The position numbers and the translations under genes are program-made. Source: Malacoraja senta (Eukaryota). From it: 64,000 bases of DNA. The stretch's first letter is position 1. Each line of letters begins with the position of its first letter. Positions 13,150-26,373 of this stretch are shown one piece after another. The DNA is taken from assembly GCA_038087875.1 (NCBI GenBank), contig JAXLNO010002548.1:1-64000 (forward strand), in the 5' to 3' direction. The notes under the pieces were generated by a model. It was not told where the DNA came from. It did no database searches and saw only the letters and a program-made list of their open reading frames with translations.

Positions 13150-13990
13150 ATGGAGACAAGAAGGAAAGGATGATCCCCAAAGAAGGAACTGGGGAAAGCC
13201 ATAACCACAGCTGCAGCTTCTGATTCCAGCATCATAGAAGCAATATCGAAAATGAACGATGAATTGAAAAATGAGCTGAAAAATGAAATGAAAACAAGAT
13301 TTGGCAGTTTGGAAGAAATGGTGAAAGAAGTTTCGACCAAATTGAAGGAAGTCCAAGGAAAACTGTCTTTGTTACAAGATGAACTTCGTGAACAAAAGGA
13401 TCAAATTGATATCTTGCGCACCCTGGGACAGGAGAGAGATTTGAAGATTGAAAAATTGGAACGGAGAATGAATGAAAACACTCGAGCACTTCAGCAATAC
13501 AAGTCTAAAAATATGGACCTAGAAAACAGAAGCCGTGGTTTGAATTGAGGAATTGTTGGTTTGCCGGAAGGCCAAGAAGGAAATAACATTATAAAATATG
13601 CTTCTAAAATGATAAAGGAAACATTCAACATTGAGCACAATGAAAACCTTCCGTTCATGGATAAGGCACACAGGATTGGGAAGAGATCTGGTAATAAACC
13701 GAGACACTTGATCATTCGGTTTCATTTTTTTCAAATGAAGGAGAATATTCTCCTGGCAGCAAAAAAGTTTGGTGTGGTTGAATATGAAGGATGTAAGTTG
13801 CGGTTTGTCCCTGATTATAGTTATGAGCTTTTGGAAATAAGAAAGACTTTTTATAATGTAATGTCTGATTTGTATAAGAAAAACTGCGCCCAGCTTTATT
13901 ATCACCAGCTAGATTGCGTATTCGGCTTTTCAATGGTAACTTTCGATTTTTTAACAGTCCTCAAGACGCCTCCAGCTTTCTGAAGAGCTA
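13150..13990 (+). pseudogene. L1 ORF1 (coiled coil plus RRM/CTD), disrupted
   Basis: Heptads ELKNELKNEMK..; LENRSR..N*GIVGLPEGQEG; KAHRIG..PRHLIIRF; KLRFVPDYS. In-frame stops present. Confidence 0.88.
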
Positions 13991-14600
13991 CGACGAGGAA
14001 GGGGAGTAATTGATAGCTGATTAAGTTATAATTGGAGATTTACTGTTCCTATTTTGACAACATTTCGTTTGGTAATGATTAAGAATTTAACTGGACGAGT
14101 TGTTTTTCTTTTATATATATTCTTTTAAGAATTTCTTTGTTAATTCGTGTTCCCCTGTCGTTAGACAAACTAAGAGAACGCAGTTCTTGTTTTACATATT
14201 TTGACCTTGGATAATAATAAGCAGCATTCCATGCCAGTCTGTATTTTTTTCTTCTTCTCTCTCAAAGAGATAATAACGAATGTGTTATGACGTAGTGGTT
14301 AAACATTATTCTTTTTATGCTGAGCGCTGTTACTGGGAGAGATGGGATTGGGGAGGGGATTAGGTAGTTTGCTGACTGTCTTTTGGTCAGTTTGGGGTTC
14401 TACAGGGGTGGGAGGGGGGAGGGGGGAGGGGTCTTTTGTTCCCTATTTAGTGATCTCCATTTGTGCAAATTCTGAACTACAAAATTGGCTGAAATGTCGT
14501 CACTTCTGGCTCCGCCCTAGATTTTTCTTCTTCCAGTATTATGAACTTTTAGGCTTCAAGAAATTAACCCATTACATCCCACATGATTTTTACAAGCAAT

Positions 14601-17600
14601 ATGGATAAAGTTACTAATTTCCTTTCATGGAATGTGAATGGCTTGAACCATCCCATTCAGAGGACATTTAAAAAAAAGTTCTTCACAGACTAAATGCTCA
14701 GATAATTTTGTTCAGGAAACTCATGCAAGGCAAGATGACAAGTCACGATTTTTCAAGTTTTGGAGAGGACAGCAGTTTCATTCAAATTCACAGGCTAAGG
14801 TGAAAGGAGTCTCTATTTTTATTGACCCCTCAATTCCGTCTGTTCACTATGAAACAATTTTCTGATCCATATGGCAGATTCTTGGTGATTACCGGTGTCC
14901 TTTATAGGCAAAAAGTCACTATGCACCAAATATTGATCACCCTGAGTTTTTTAAACAGTTAATTGCATCCTTTCCTAATTTAAATGAACACTTTTTAATA
15001 ATGGGTGGAGACTTCAATTGCTGTTTGATAGGTCTACATCTGATCATGTGCTTCCAAATAAATCAGCTAATTTTATTAATTCTTTTTTACTTGACTCGGG
15101 AATGTTAGAAATTTGGAGATTCTTACACGCAAATGACAACGAATTTCCATTTTTCTCTCATGTATATCATAGTTATTCTAGGATCGACTATTTTATACTA
15201 GATTCTCGGCTAGTTCCATCGGTCATTGCATGTGAGTATGATACAATTGCTATTTCTGATCATGCACCAGTGAAACTATTGATCAAACTACCTGATTCCA
15301 AGTTTAGTGCTAAACAATGGCGATTTAATGCTACTTTGCTTCAAGACTTAAACTTTATTAAGTTTATGAAAGATCAGATTGCTTTTTACTTCTTGACAAA
15401 CTCTAATGAGGAGATATCCAATGGTATAGTTTGGGATGCTTTTAAGGCATATATTCGTGGACAAATTATTTCATACTCCGCGGGATTAAAAAAAAAAAAA
15501 ACACAAAAAGAAATACGCACATTGGCTGACGAGATTAAAGAAATTGATACAAAATATTCAAAAGCTCCTAGTTTAGAGCTCTATAAGAATAGAGTTGAAC
15601 TTCAATTGAGATATGATTTGTTATTAGTATCACCGATTGAGAACCAGTTACTTAAAACCAAAAGTAAATTTTATATAAATGGCGAAAAATCTGGTAAATG
15701 ACTTGCTAATCAATTGAAAGCAGTGTCGGCCAAGCGTCAGATTACTAAAGTGAGTAAATGGGATGGTACAGTAACTGTAGACCATGACAAAATTAATAAA
15801 TCCTTTCAGGAATTTTATACCTCCCTATACCAATCAGATTTTCCTACTGATTCCAATATAATGCATGAGGTTTTAAAGAAACTGAACTTACCACATTTAC
15901 CATACAATGAGTCTCTGTTGTTAGATGAACCCATCACAGAAGAAGAAATACAGAAAGCAATTTTTTCAATGAATTCTGGTAAAGCTCCAGGTTTAGATGG
16001 GTTTACAGTAGAATTTTTAAAGTATTTCTCAAATTTATTGTCTCCATGGCTATGCAAGGTATTTAAAGAAGCCTTTTTAAGGAATAGATTACCACAATCT
16101 TTTTATGAAGCTTCTATTTCTTTAATTAAAAAAAAAGATAAAGACCCTACTGAAGTGACATCATATAGACCTATATCAATGTTAAATGTAGATTTTAAAA
16201 TTCTTTCCAAAATATTACCTATGAGATTGGAAAAGATTTTACCGCAAATTATCTCTGAAGATCAGACAGGTTTTATTAAAAATCGTTACACATTCTTTAA
16301 TGTTAGGAGATTAATAAATATTGTATATACAGCGTCTAATAAAACCCCAGAATATGTCATCTCACTTGATGCCGAGAAGGCTATCGATAGAGTAGAATGG
16401 AATACTTATTCAATATACTTGAAAAAGTTAAGAAATTTATCTCTTGGATCAAACTGCTATATCTTATACCTCAGGCTTCTGAATTTACTAATAATCAGAG
16501 ATCCCCTTTTTTTCAGGCTCTTTCAAGGTACTAGACAGGGCTGTCCCTTAAGTCCTTTACTATTTGATATTGCTTTGGAAACTTTAGCCACTGCTATTAG
16601 GGAATCCCCTAATATTTTTGGTATTGTCCGCGGGAATAAGACACATAAGCTATCTCTTTATGCAGATGATCTGTTATTATTTATTTCTAACCCTGAGAAA
16701 TCTATTCCGGCAATAGTAGCATTACTTAATCAATTCAGTAGTTTTTCTGGTTATAAACTAAATCTTAGTAAAGGTGAGCTTTCCCATTAAATAATTTTGT
16801 TTCGAGTTATGGACAGTTTCCATTTAGATTGACTACCGAAAGTTTTACTTATTTAGGTATTAAGATCACCAAGAAACACAAGGATTTATTTAAAGCTAAT
16901 TTTATTCCTTTAATTGACCATATTAAACATCAGTTCACTAAATGGTCACCAATGTCCTTATCCTTAATTGGCCGAATCAATGCTATTAAAATGTCCATTT
17001 TACCTAAATTTCTGTATTTATTTCAGACGATACCAATTTTTATTGCCAAATCTTTCTTTGATATTATAGACTCTAAAATTTCTTCATATATATGGCAGAA
17101 TAAAAATCCCAGACTAGGTAAAAAATACCTACAGAAATCAAAAAAGTTGGTGGTTTGGCATTGCCGAACCTTAGACTCTACTATTGGGCAGTCAATGTTC
17201 GTTATTTAACATTTTGGACAAAAGATTTAGAAGATACCCAATGCCCTGGATGGATAAACCTAGAACGTGATTCCTTACAAGGGCTATAATTGGCTTTTAT
17301 TCTAGGGACCTTGTTACCTTTTACAATTACGAGATTGAATAAATATATGACGAACCCAATAATAAGACATACGTTCCGAATACGGTTTCAATTTCGTAAG
17401 TTTTTTGGACTATCTGATTTTATCCAAATTTCTCTTCCAACCATCTAGTACTGATCAAGTTTTTTTGTTATGGAAGAGGAAAGGATTAGTAGCTTTTCGT
17501 GATTTGTTTTTGGAGGGTTGTTTTATGTCTTTCGAACAACTCTCCAATAAATATAACTTACCTAATTCACACTTTTTTAGATATTTACAAATTAGACAGA

Positions 17601-18337
17601 AGGAACTACCCCTTTTTCCGCTACCACATCAACCCGAAATTTTGGATTTTTTTTTACAGTTGAACCCTTATCAGAAAGGATTAATAGCGACTATTCATGA
17701 GTTGACTTTAAAATTACAAATAGATACATTTGATAAAATTAAGAATGACTGGGAAAGAGAACTCCAAATTTCTTTATCTATAGAGAAATGGGAGAGGATC
17801 CTTCAATTAGTTAATACTTCCTCAATGTGTGCAAGACACGATTTGATACAATTCGAGGTGGTCCACAGAGCTCATATGTCAAAAGATAAGTTAGCTCATT
17901 TTTATGGTCATATAAATCCTACCTGTGACAGATGTAACTCTGAAGTGGCATCACTGACCCATATGTTTTGGTCCTGCCCTCTTTTGGAAAAATATTGGAA
18001 ATAAATTGTTGATACTATTTCGGTAGTCTTAGGTATAGATTTACAACCTCATCCTATTACTGCAATTTTTGGGTTACCAATGCTAGATTCTATTCATTTG
18101 TCCCACTCCGCCCAACGGTTGATTGCTTTTACCACATTAATTGCCAGAAGATTTATTTTCTTTAAATGGAAAGATTCCAACCCTCCGACCACACTCCAGT
18201 GGTATTCTGAAACGATATCATGTTTAAACTTAGAAAAAAAATCAGAAGTGACATTGTTGAACCCTTGGTTAAATTTGATAAGACTTGGGGGAAATTTATT
18301 GAACGCTCTCATACAACATAAATTGATCCCTCTTTAA
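14601..18337 (+). pseudogene. L1 ORF2 (APE endonuclease, RT, C-terminal Cys motif), frameshifted
   Basis: MDKVTNFLSWNVNGLNHP; YSRIDYF; ISDHAPV; KAPGLDGF; SYRPISMLNVDFK; GTRQGCPLSP; LYADD; CDRC..HMFWSC. Confidence 0.93.
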
Positions 18338-18804
18338 CCGTTATAAAAAATATTTTACCTTCATAGGGTGGAACGAACTTGACGACAAACAAACTTAAAT
18401 TGTTGAATTTCTCAGTTCAGATTCGGTTTTGCTGTTTTGTTTTATTTATTTATTTTATTTTTATTCTTATTTTATTATTATCAATTAAAAAAAAAAAATT
18501 TAGTTTAGGGGGGTTTAGTTTTTTCTTTTTCTTTTTGTCTTTTTATCTTTGCTTTTTTTTTAACATTTATGTTTCCTTTTAAAGATTGAACTATATTTAC
18601 ATAGAGACCGGGAGGTCTATATTCATTGTGTATTTTGACACTGGTCTCATATTAGGTTATACCTGTTATTAATGTGTTTAATCCTGATCCCTATGTATCA
18701 ATACCATTGTTATGTTTATCATTATTCTTTTTGCTCTGTTTTTTATGTTTTATTTTTGTTTTTGTTTTTTGGAAAAAAAACAATAAAAAGATTTTAAAAG
18801 AAAG

Positions 18805-19320
18805 GTACTGAATAAAAAAGTTGGGATGTTCTGCTACAGTTGTACAAGATGTTGGTGAGGCCACATGTGGAGTATTGTGTTAAGTTTTGGTCACTCCACT
18901 ATCGAAAGGATGTCATTAACAGGGCCTGTGATTCAGGGAGAGGCAGAGAATGCTTGGACTTTAGTCCTTGGCACGCAAGAGGCTGAGGGGTGATCTTATA
19001 GAAGTTTATAAAATCAAGGAGCATAGATAGATTGAATGCACAGAATCTTTTAACCAGCCTTATGTAATCAAGAACCAGAGGACTTAGGTTTAAGGTGAGA
19101 AGGAAACGAGTTACTCGGAACCAGAGGAAGTGGAAATATGGAAGAACATTCCAGGGGAAGTAGTTGAGGCAGGTATTAAAAAACATTTTAGAACACACTT
19201 GGACAGGTACATACTGTAGATAGGAAAGGTTCAGTGAGATATGGGTAGTTTAAACATGGCATCTTGGTTGACATGGCCAAGTTGAGGCAATGGGCCCATT
19301 TCCATGCCGTATGACTCTAT
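18805..19320 (+). mobile_element. CR1 3' fragment
   Basis: LYKMLVRPHVEYCV and a CR1 3'-terminal region. Confidence 0.7.
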
Positions 19321-21264
19321 GGCTCCGTGGGCCTGAAAAGCCAATTCTTTTCCGTTTCACTGCTAAATGATAGTTAATCACCCTCACTAATAGTGACCAC
19401 AATTGCAGACCCATGACCATGACTGGTTTACAGTGATAATAAGCTAACCATTGCCTCAGTTCAAATATGCATGTCGTTGATGTTCAATGACTAAATTGTT
19501 GCTGCATTCTTAGTTTTGGCAAGGTGAGAAATGGCTTGGTTTTGATCTGGGTGCTGGAGCTGTTAGACATCTTGATACCATGAAAGCAGAACCTCCGTTT
19601 CAGGAAATATACTTGCTGAATGGTGTCTCAGACCAGCAATGCCGGGGAACATTGTATTTTGAAGAGGAAATATTAGACAACCAAGGCCAAGTGCTCGAGA
19701 AAGCAGCACGTCTGTTATTTCAATGAAAACTCTGCTCTTCATCCATCTTGTCATTTTGATCACCCAGTTTATTTTATAATATTGTACAACATATGCAATC
19801 AATTCTCAGTTTATGACATTTACAGCTGGCGTGAAGATGCATCATTCAATACCTTCTGTCTTCCAATTTAGTTTATTTAATAGAAAGATTGAAACATAAA
19901 AAATAGGTGCAGGAATAGGCTATTCGGCCCTTTGAGCCAGCACCGCCATTCAATACAATCATGGATGATCATCCAAAATTAATACTCCGATCTGGCTTTT
20001 TCCCCATATCCCTTGACTCCCTTAGCCCTAAGAGCTAAATCTAACTCTCTCTTGAAAACAGTGATACAGTGTGTAAACAGGCCATTTGTGCCACCAAATC
20101 CATACTGACCAGCAATCACCCTTTCATAATAGATTTCCCATGCACCCCTACACTATCAGGGTGACTTACCGAGGATGATTACCTGCACACCTGCTCATCT
20201 TTGGGATATGGGAGGAAACCGGAGCTCCCTGAGGAAGCCCACATAGTCACAAGAGAATGTGCAAACTCCACGTAGACAGTACCCGAGGTCCAGATTGAAC
20301 CTGGGTCTCTGGCGTTGTGAGGCAGCAGTTCTACCAGCTACACTACCATGCTGCATTACGTACAAACTCTAAATCCTACACTGACTTTCCCTTCCACTTG
20401 TTATATTCAACACAATAACTCCTTTACACAGGAGGAAAGTGAACTGCAATTCATCACCAGAATATATCTTACAACAGTATGATCACAGGCAAGAAACCAG
20501 TGATATAGATGACTGAATTTACACTAAAACCCTGATCATCCAGCTCTCTTGGGATTTGGGAAATGGTAGATTTTAAGGACTGCTGCATGTTACTCCAAAC
20601 ATACTTTAATTCAACTAATTTAAGCACTTGTTGAGCAAGTCAGTGGTTGAGGTGCATCTGTACACTACTATCAGACTTAAGCTGAGGAATACCCATTGTA
20701 ATTTGCCTGAAGAGTCTCGAACCAGATTGTCACCTATCCATGGTCTCCTGGGATGTTGCCTGACCTGCTGAGTTACTCTAGCACTGTCCCTCACAGTCTT
20801 TCCCAATCTTGTAAATCAAAAATAGTCAGCATCTTTCTACATCATAAAGAGTCATGGAAATATGCAGCATACAAACATGGCCTTTGTCCCACTGACCTGC
20901 ACCAACCATTCATGTACACTAATCCTACATTTGTCCCACATTCTCATCAGCTCTCCCCACATTGTATCATGCACAATCTAGGGGACAACTAACCTACCAA
21001 ACAATGTTTTGGGGATGTGGGAGGAAACCAGAGCACCTGGGGAAACCCACATGGTCACAGGAACAACATGCAAACTCTACAGATACAACAGCCGATGTTG
21101 GTATTTAATTCAGGTCTCTGGCTCTGTGCTGTCCTGTTTCACATTGTAGTCCACCTGTCATGTTGTTGCTCATTCATTCGGCTTTCCACCTTGAACCATT
21201 TCTCCCACTACTCACATTCCCACTTAATTTGGAGTTTTCCAGCAACAGCGGCCTTGGTGGCAGC

Positions 21265-21558
21265 TACTGTGTGCAGCGGTAGAGTTGCTGCCTTACAGTG
21301 CTTGCAGCACCGGAGACCCGGGTTCGATCCCGACTACTGATGCTGTCTGTACAAAGTTTGTACGTTCTCCCCGTGACCGCGTGGGTTTTCTCCGAGATCT
21401 AAGGTTTCCTCCCACACTCCAAAGACGTACAGGTTTGTAGGTTAATTGGCTTGGTGTGCGTGTATAGGATAGTGTTAATGTGCGGGGATCGCTGGTCAGC
21501 GCAAACTCGGTGGGCCGAAGGGCCTGTTTCGTTACTGTATCTCTAAATTAAACTAAAC
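21265..21558 (+). mobile_element. HE1-like SINE, near full length
   Basis: A-box GCAGCGGTAGAG, B-box GGTTCGATCCC, conserved core, (CTAAA)n tail. Confidence 0.85.
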
Positions 21559-21634
21559 AAAACTAGTAAACGATAAACTGCAACCAATCTGCCTCATAGC
21601 TGACTTGGATCATGAACAGTGCGAGCCCCCAACA

Positions 21635-21945
21635 GAGCAGCACAGTGTCACAACTCGTAGAGCTGCTGCCTCACAGCGACACAGACCCGGGTTCAATTTT
21701 GACCTTGAGTGCCATCTATGTGGAGTTTGCACGTTCTCCGTGTAACCGCATTGGATCCCTCCAGGGGCTCCGGTTTCCTCACACATCCTAAGATGTGTCA
21801 GTTTATAGTTTAATTGGCCATTTTAAATTGCCCCTAGTGGGTGGGTGACTGGATGAGAAGGTGCAATGAGATAGAATTCATGAGAACAGGTGAACAGGAG
21901 GTTGGCATGGACTCGGTGGGCCGAAAGGACTGCCCCCATGCTGTA
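21635..21945 (+). mobile_element. HE1-like SINE, older copy
   Basis: Same architecture, more diverged. Confidence 0.75.
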
Positions 21946-22202
21946 CTTTTTAATGACTCAATGATATCTCTAGGATTTGGTGCAGTGAATCCATAATGTT
22001 TAACTTTTTTTTTTACACTGAATTCACAATTTTCAAATATCTGATCATCAGAAACATTTAACAACAGCACAAAGGCTAGTTGACAGTGGTGACTGTCGAG
22101 GCATTTCATGTGTAGCTGCTGCCTTATCCTACTTGAGATCGATCATTTCTTCAAGCCCAATACTTTTACTAGCAACAGTGCATCACAATTTTTCCATCTT
22201 AC

Positions 22203-22310
22203 CTCTCCTCTTTTTTCTCCACCAAACAATTACTGCCAAGACAATAGCCAGCAATATCAGCACACACACGGCAATAAGGCCTATGTGCCTGTCTTTCTTC
22301 CTATTTCCTT
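22203..22310 (-). CDS. MHC class I-like heavy chain: connecting peptide, transmembrane and stop-transfer exon
   Basis: Acceptor TATTTTTCAG, donor GTAAGA, 108 nt, phase 1/1, in frame with the alpha3 exon. Translates (E)GNRKKDRHIGLIAVCVLILLAIVLAVIVWWRKKRR. Confidence 0.85.
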
Positions 22311-24987
22311 CTGAAAAATAAGAATGCATAATTTTACATATCATTTGTTAAGCTGTGCAGCTAAATAGATGGGCACTGTCTGAAGACTTCAGGGTGAAGA
22401 AGGGTCTCGACCCAAAATGCCACCTATTCCTTTGCTCCAGAGATGTTACCTGACCCGCTGAGTTACTCCAGCATTTTGTGTCTATCTTTGGCACTTTTCA
22501 AGGTATATAATAAATATGTTGTTTTGAATCACGGAGATCTGCAACATGGCAAAGGGGCAATATCTGTTCTGTACAACTCTATGATCTATGGCACCATCAC
22601 AGCCACAACTTAATTCATGAAAGAAGGTGAATTGAAAGCAGAAAGCTTTAACCCTATATAAACTAACATCTGTTTTGGGAAAAATGCTGGATTCCTTTCA
22701 GTAATGGCAGAACATTTAAGTAATAACAAAACAATAAAGTGCATTAACAGGGCATTAACAGGAAAATTGTAGAAAGAAAGAGATGCAGATACTGATTTAC
22801 ACAAAAGCTTTAGTTTAGTTTATTGTCACGAGTACTGAGGTACAGTGAAAAGCTTTTGTTTCATGCTAACCAGTCAGTGGAAAGAATATACATGATAGAC
22901 ACAAAATGCTGGAGTAACTCAGCGGAATAGGCAACATATCTGGCGAACATGGACTCAGTCAGAAGGATCGTGACCCGAAACATCACCTATTCCTTTTCTC
23001 CAGAGATGCCGCCTGACCAGCTGAGTTATTCCAGCAATTTGTGTCCATCTTCAGTGTAAACCAGCATTTGCAGTTTCTCCCTACACATGGACAGGTGACA
23101 TTTCGTTTACGGACCCTTCTTCAAACTTTGTTTGAGAAATTGATTAGAATTCTTTGAAAATGCAACAGGAACCCATAGACAATGTATATTTGAGCAGCAG
23201 TAGTTTGCAGGTGTGCACAGCCTAAAATTCAAAAACAAAATGATGGAAAAGCAGAATAGGTAACAAAATTGGAATGAGAAAGAAAAGAAATACAATATAT
23301 TGTAGAGATCCAAGCGTTGTGAACAAATCAATGTTTTTTTTAAAAGAAATACAGTTTTGGCACACTCGTGTTTAGTAAGGACTTGAGCAAAGTTCCTGCC
23401 GTTGTTATCGGGCACACCAGTTGACTGGCGACTGATTCATCACCAACTCCCACCAAAACCCTGTCATGTGATAGTCCCAGCTCCCCTGACGAGGGTTCGA
23501 GCAATAAGTGGCCTGACCACCAGATGTCGCCAGAATATCTGGATTTTCATAAGATATCTGATCAAGTGATGCAAAGGCACATGGCTTATGACATTGGGGG
23601 TAATAATTAGCATGAATGGAAAAACAATTAAGAGCAAGCAGAGTCTTAAAGGAGTGTTCAGGTTGGGAAACTGCAACTGCAGGATGGGAATCAATGCAAG
23701 AAAGTGAACTACTTATCGTTAGTATTAAGAGCAGATGAAGGGACTGATGGCGCTGTAGCCTAGATTGCTGATAATACATAGATAGGTTGAAAATTAAGTT
23801 CTGGAGTATGTCAACAGTCTTCAGAGTGAAACATCAGATTCCTTATTTGTGCATTGTTCGAGGGAATCTTCAAAAGTGAACATTTGTGTAGGTTAGTGCA
23901 GCATACCTGGAATCAAACTAGTACGATCGCTGTTTGTCAGGCAGTTATATTTTTCGTTGCTGAATCTGTAACTTGCGTCAGGGAACTTACTTCATTAGGT
24001 TTAGTTTTATTAATGTCAGATGTTTCAAGATACAGTGCAAAGGTTTGTTTTGTATGCTATCCAAATAAATTAGATAATACTATAGATAAATAAAAAACTC
24101 AAAAACAATAGATAGAGCAAAGAGGAGGATACAGAGTACAGAATATAGTTCTCAGCATTGTAACACATCAGTTCCATGGACAATGTTCAATGTTCAATGA
24201 GGTTGAGGTGAATCGGGCATTAAACCTACATTATGGAAGGACCCTTCCGAAGCCTGTTAACAGGTGGAAAGGGGGTGTTCCTGAGTCTGGCAGTGCTTAT
24301 TTTCAACTTTCAGTACCTATTGCCTGATGGGAGCAGGAAGGAGGAATGTGAGAAAGGTGGGATAAGTCTCGTTTTCCAAGGGTACCTGGTGTAGATTGGG
24401 TCAATACTGGGAAGTCTGGGCTGTGTGATGATCTTTAACTCTTTATATATTCTTGCAGTCTTGGGCAGTGCAGTTCCCAAATCAAGATGTGATGCAACCC
24501 AACAACATGCTTTCTCTAGCGGCATCTATAGATGTTTGCTGGAGTCACCAGAGACATGATGAATATCCTCAGTCTCCTGAGGAAGTAGAGGTGTTGGTGT
24601 GCCTCCTTGGCTATGTGGCCAGTCCATGACCGAATATTGGATATATTCATGCCAAGGAACACGAAGCTCTCAATCATTTCCACTTCAGACTATTGATTCA
24701 GATTGGGGCATGTACTCCCCCAGTGCCTTGCTGTTAATCACATCATGAGGAAAGATTCATTTTATATTTAAACATACCTTTCATGGATATCAGTTCCACC
24801 ACTGAGAATCCCAAATACTCCTTCCTTGTATATTAGTTATTTATTTACTTACTTTTAATATATTTTCTGTTGACAAAGTCTTCTGCTCATGTGGAGAGTG
24901 GGTACTGATTACGTGATTACTTAGAGCAACACCACTAAACAAAGAAAGTTTAAGCATCTTGGAATGTGGGATGTACTACATGGGATG

Positions 24988-26031
24988 TAGCAATGTCACA
25001 AAATTTTGAGATTTTAAAAATCAAGTCTGCAATTTATCCCATCAGATAAAGCATAAAAAGAAGTTTAATTTGACACCTAATCCACTTTCATATCTTCTGT
25101 GTTAAAAAAGTTTGGCCATTTTCATACTCGGAAATTAGCATCTTGTTCCCTATTGCTTTTCCATTGACTTAAAACAAAAGCTGTGATCAAGGACAGTCAA
25201 AAGCCCATAACTTTCTTAAAAATTAAGAGAACTTAATGACATTTTCAGTTATTATAGATTGAAGCATTCTGAAACAAATATGAAACAATCTTACTTGGAT
25301 GACCTGAAATTAAAGCATATAATTAGTTAGTTACCCAATTGTAGCTAATTACAAAATTCAATTACTAGATCTAAATATCTGTCCATTTCTTAAGAAAAAG
25401 TTAACATTTTTAAAAAGCCTAAGTGTCCAAATAACATTCACACAAGAATTCACAATATAACATTATTTTTAAATCTCATTGTCATTAATTTATAGGCCAA
25501 ATGGAAGGAATTTAGTGTTTAATTCCTGTAAATTAATGGCCATTTAAATCATCTTGCGAGTGGGATTTTGTGGAACGCGCTGGTTTGGAACGCTGCGGTT
25601 GCACTGAATTAAATCCCAATATCGGCAGGAAAAATACTGCCGGTTGGTATACTTAAATAATCACATTTTCGCAACTTGAAATTTTTATTAAAGGCATCCT
25701 AAGAAGCAAGTTTATATGAAAAAATAAATGGTGTACCTTGCCTTGTCCCGTGCGTGAAATCCGTCCCCGTTGACTGCGTTTACGGCATTTGAAGATGATT
25801 TTAATTTTACTCCACCAATTAAATTATAAAGCGCTAATATTAATAAACTTAATAAAACGGCAGTCAAAGCGATTTTTCTTCATCAACTATTTAGCCTGTT
25901 CAAGATCGTTTAGAACAGGCTGCCGAAATATTGCATTTTAAACCCGCCCCCCTCTCAAAGGCGCCAAAGTCGCGCACACGGGCAGTGACAGAACTGCAGC
26001 GCCGCTGAAGGTAAGTTTTGTAACATACCTA
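24988..26031. mobile_element. Putative non-autonomous DNA transposon in the alpha3-TM intron
   Basis: Imperfect 18-bp TIRs (TAGCAATGTCACAAAATT vs revcomp TAGGTATGTTACAAAACT, 14/18). GATGTAG is directly repeated at both ends. No ORF. Confidence 0.55.
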
Positions 26032-26106
26032 GATGTAGTCACAATGATTAAAATGGAAACAACAGAAGATAATGATTATCTATGAAAGAATATTTAACGT
26101 TCTTAC

Positions 26107-26373
26107 CCCAGATGATGATCTTCCCACCGGGCAGGCTGCTGTGATTGACATGACAGGAATACTGTTTCCCATCATATGGATCATACTCAAGGACAGACCT
26201 TAGATGATATGTTCCATCGTTGTTGGGTATGACCCCAGAAGATTTCGTCTCAGAGACATGTTGACCATTCTGCAACCAGCTGACATTGATGGCCGGTGGG
26301 TAAAATCCAAACACAGTGCAGTACAGGACTGAATGATCATCAGGGCAGGCAGCGAGAGTGACCTCAGGGGAAA
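26107..26373 (-). CDS. MHC class I-like heavy chain alpha3 (Ig C1-set) exon
   Basis: Acceptor TTGTAG, donor GTAAGA, 267 nt, phase 1/1, open. Translates SPEVTLAACPDDHSVLYCTVFGFYPPAINVSWLQNGQHVSETKSSGVIPNNDGTYHLRSVLEYDPYDGKQYSCHVNHSSLPGGKIIIW. The short A-B loop and PNNDGTY (no class II beta Trp) favour class I. Confidence 0.9.

Larger units (their letters stand above)
13150..18804 (+). mobile_element. Near full-length degenerate L1-clade LINE
   Basis: ORF1, a ~600 bp spacer, ORF2, a T-rich 3' UTR and an AATAAA/A-rich tail. The 5' UTR boundary is not resolved. Confidence 0.92.

Noticed and set aside
21265-21345. tRNA genes suggested by A/B boxes
   Set aside because: All are SINE heads continuing into the conserved SINE core; none forms a complete cloverleaf.
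21950-22017. Possible cytoplasmic exon KKKVKHYGFTAPNP
   Set aside because: The acceptor would need phase 2; phase-1 splicing from the TM exon gives an immediate stop (GTG TAA).
23405-23779. 124-aa minus-strand ORF within the alpha3-TM intron
   Set aside because: No recognisable motif or splice support.
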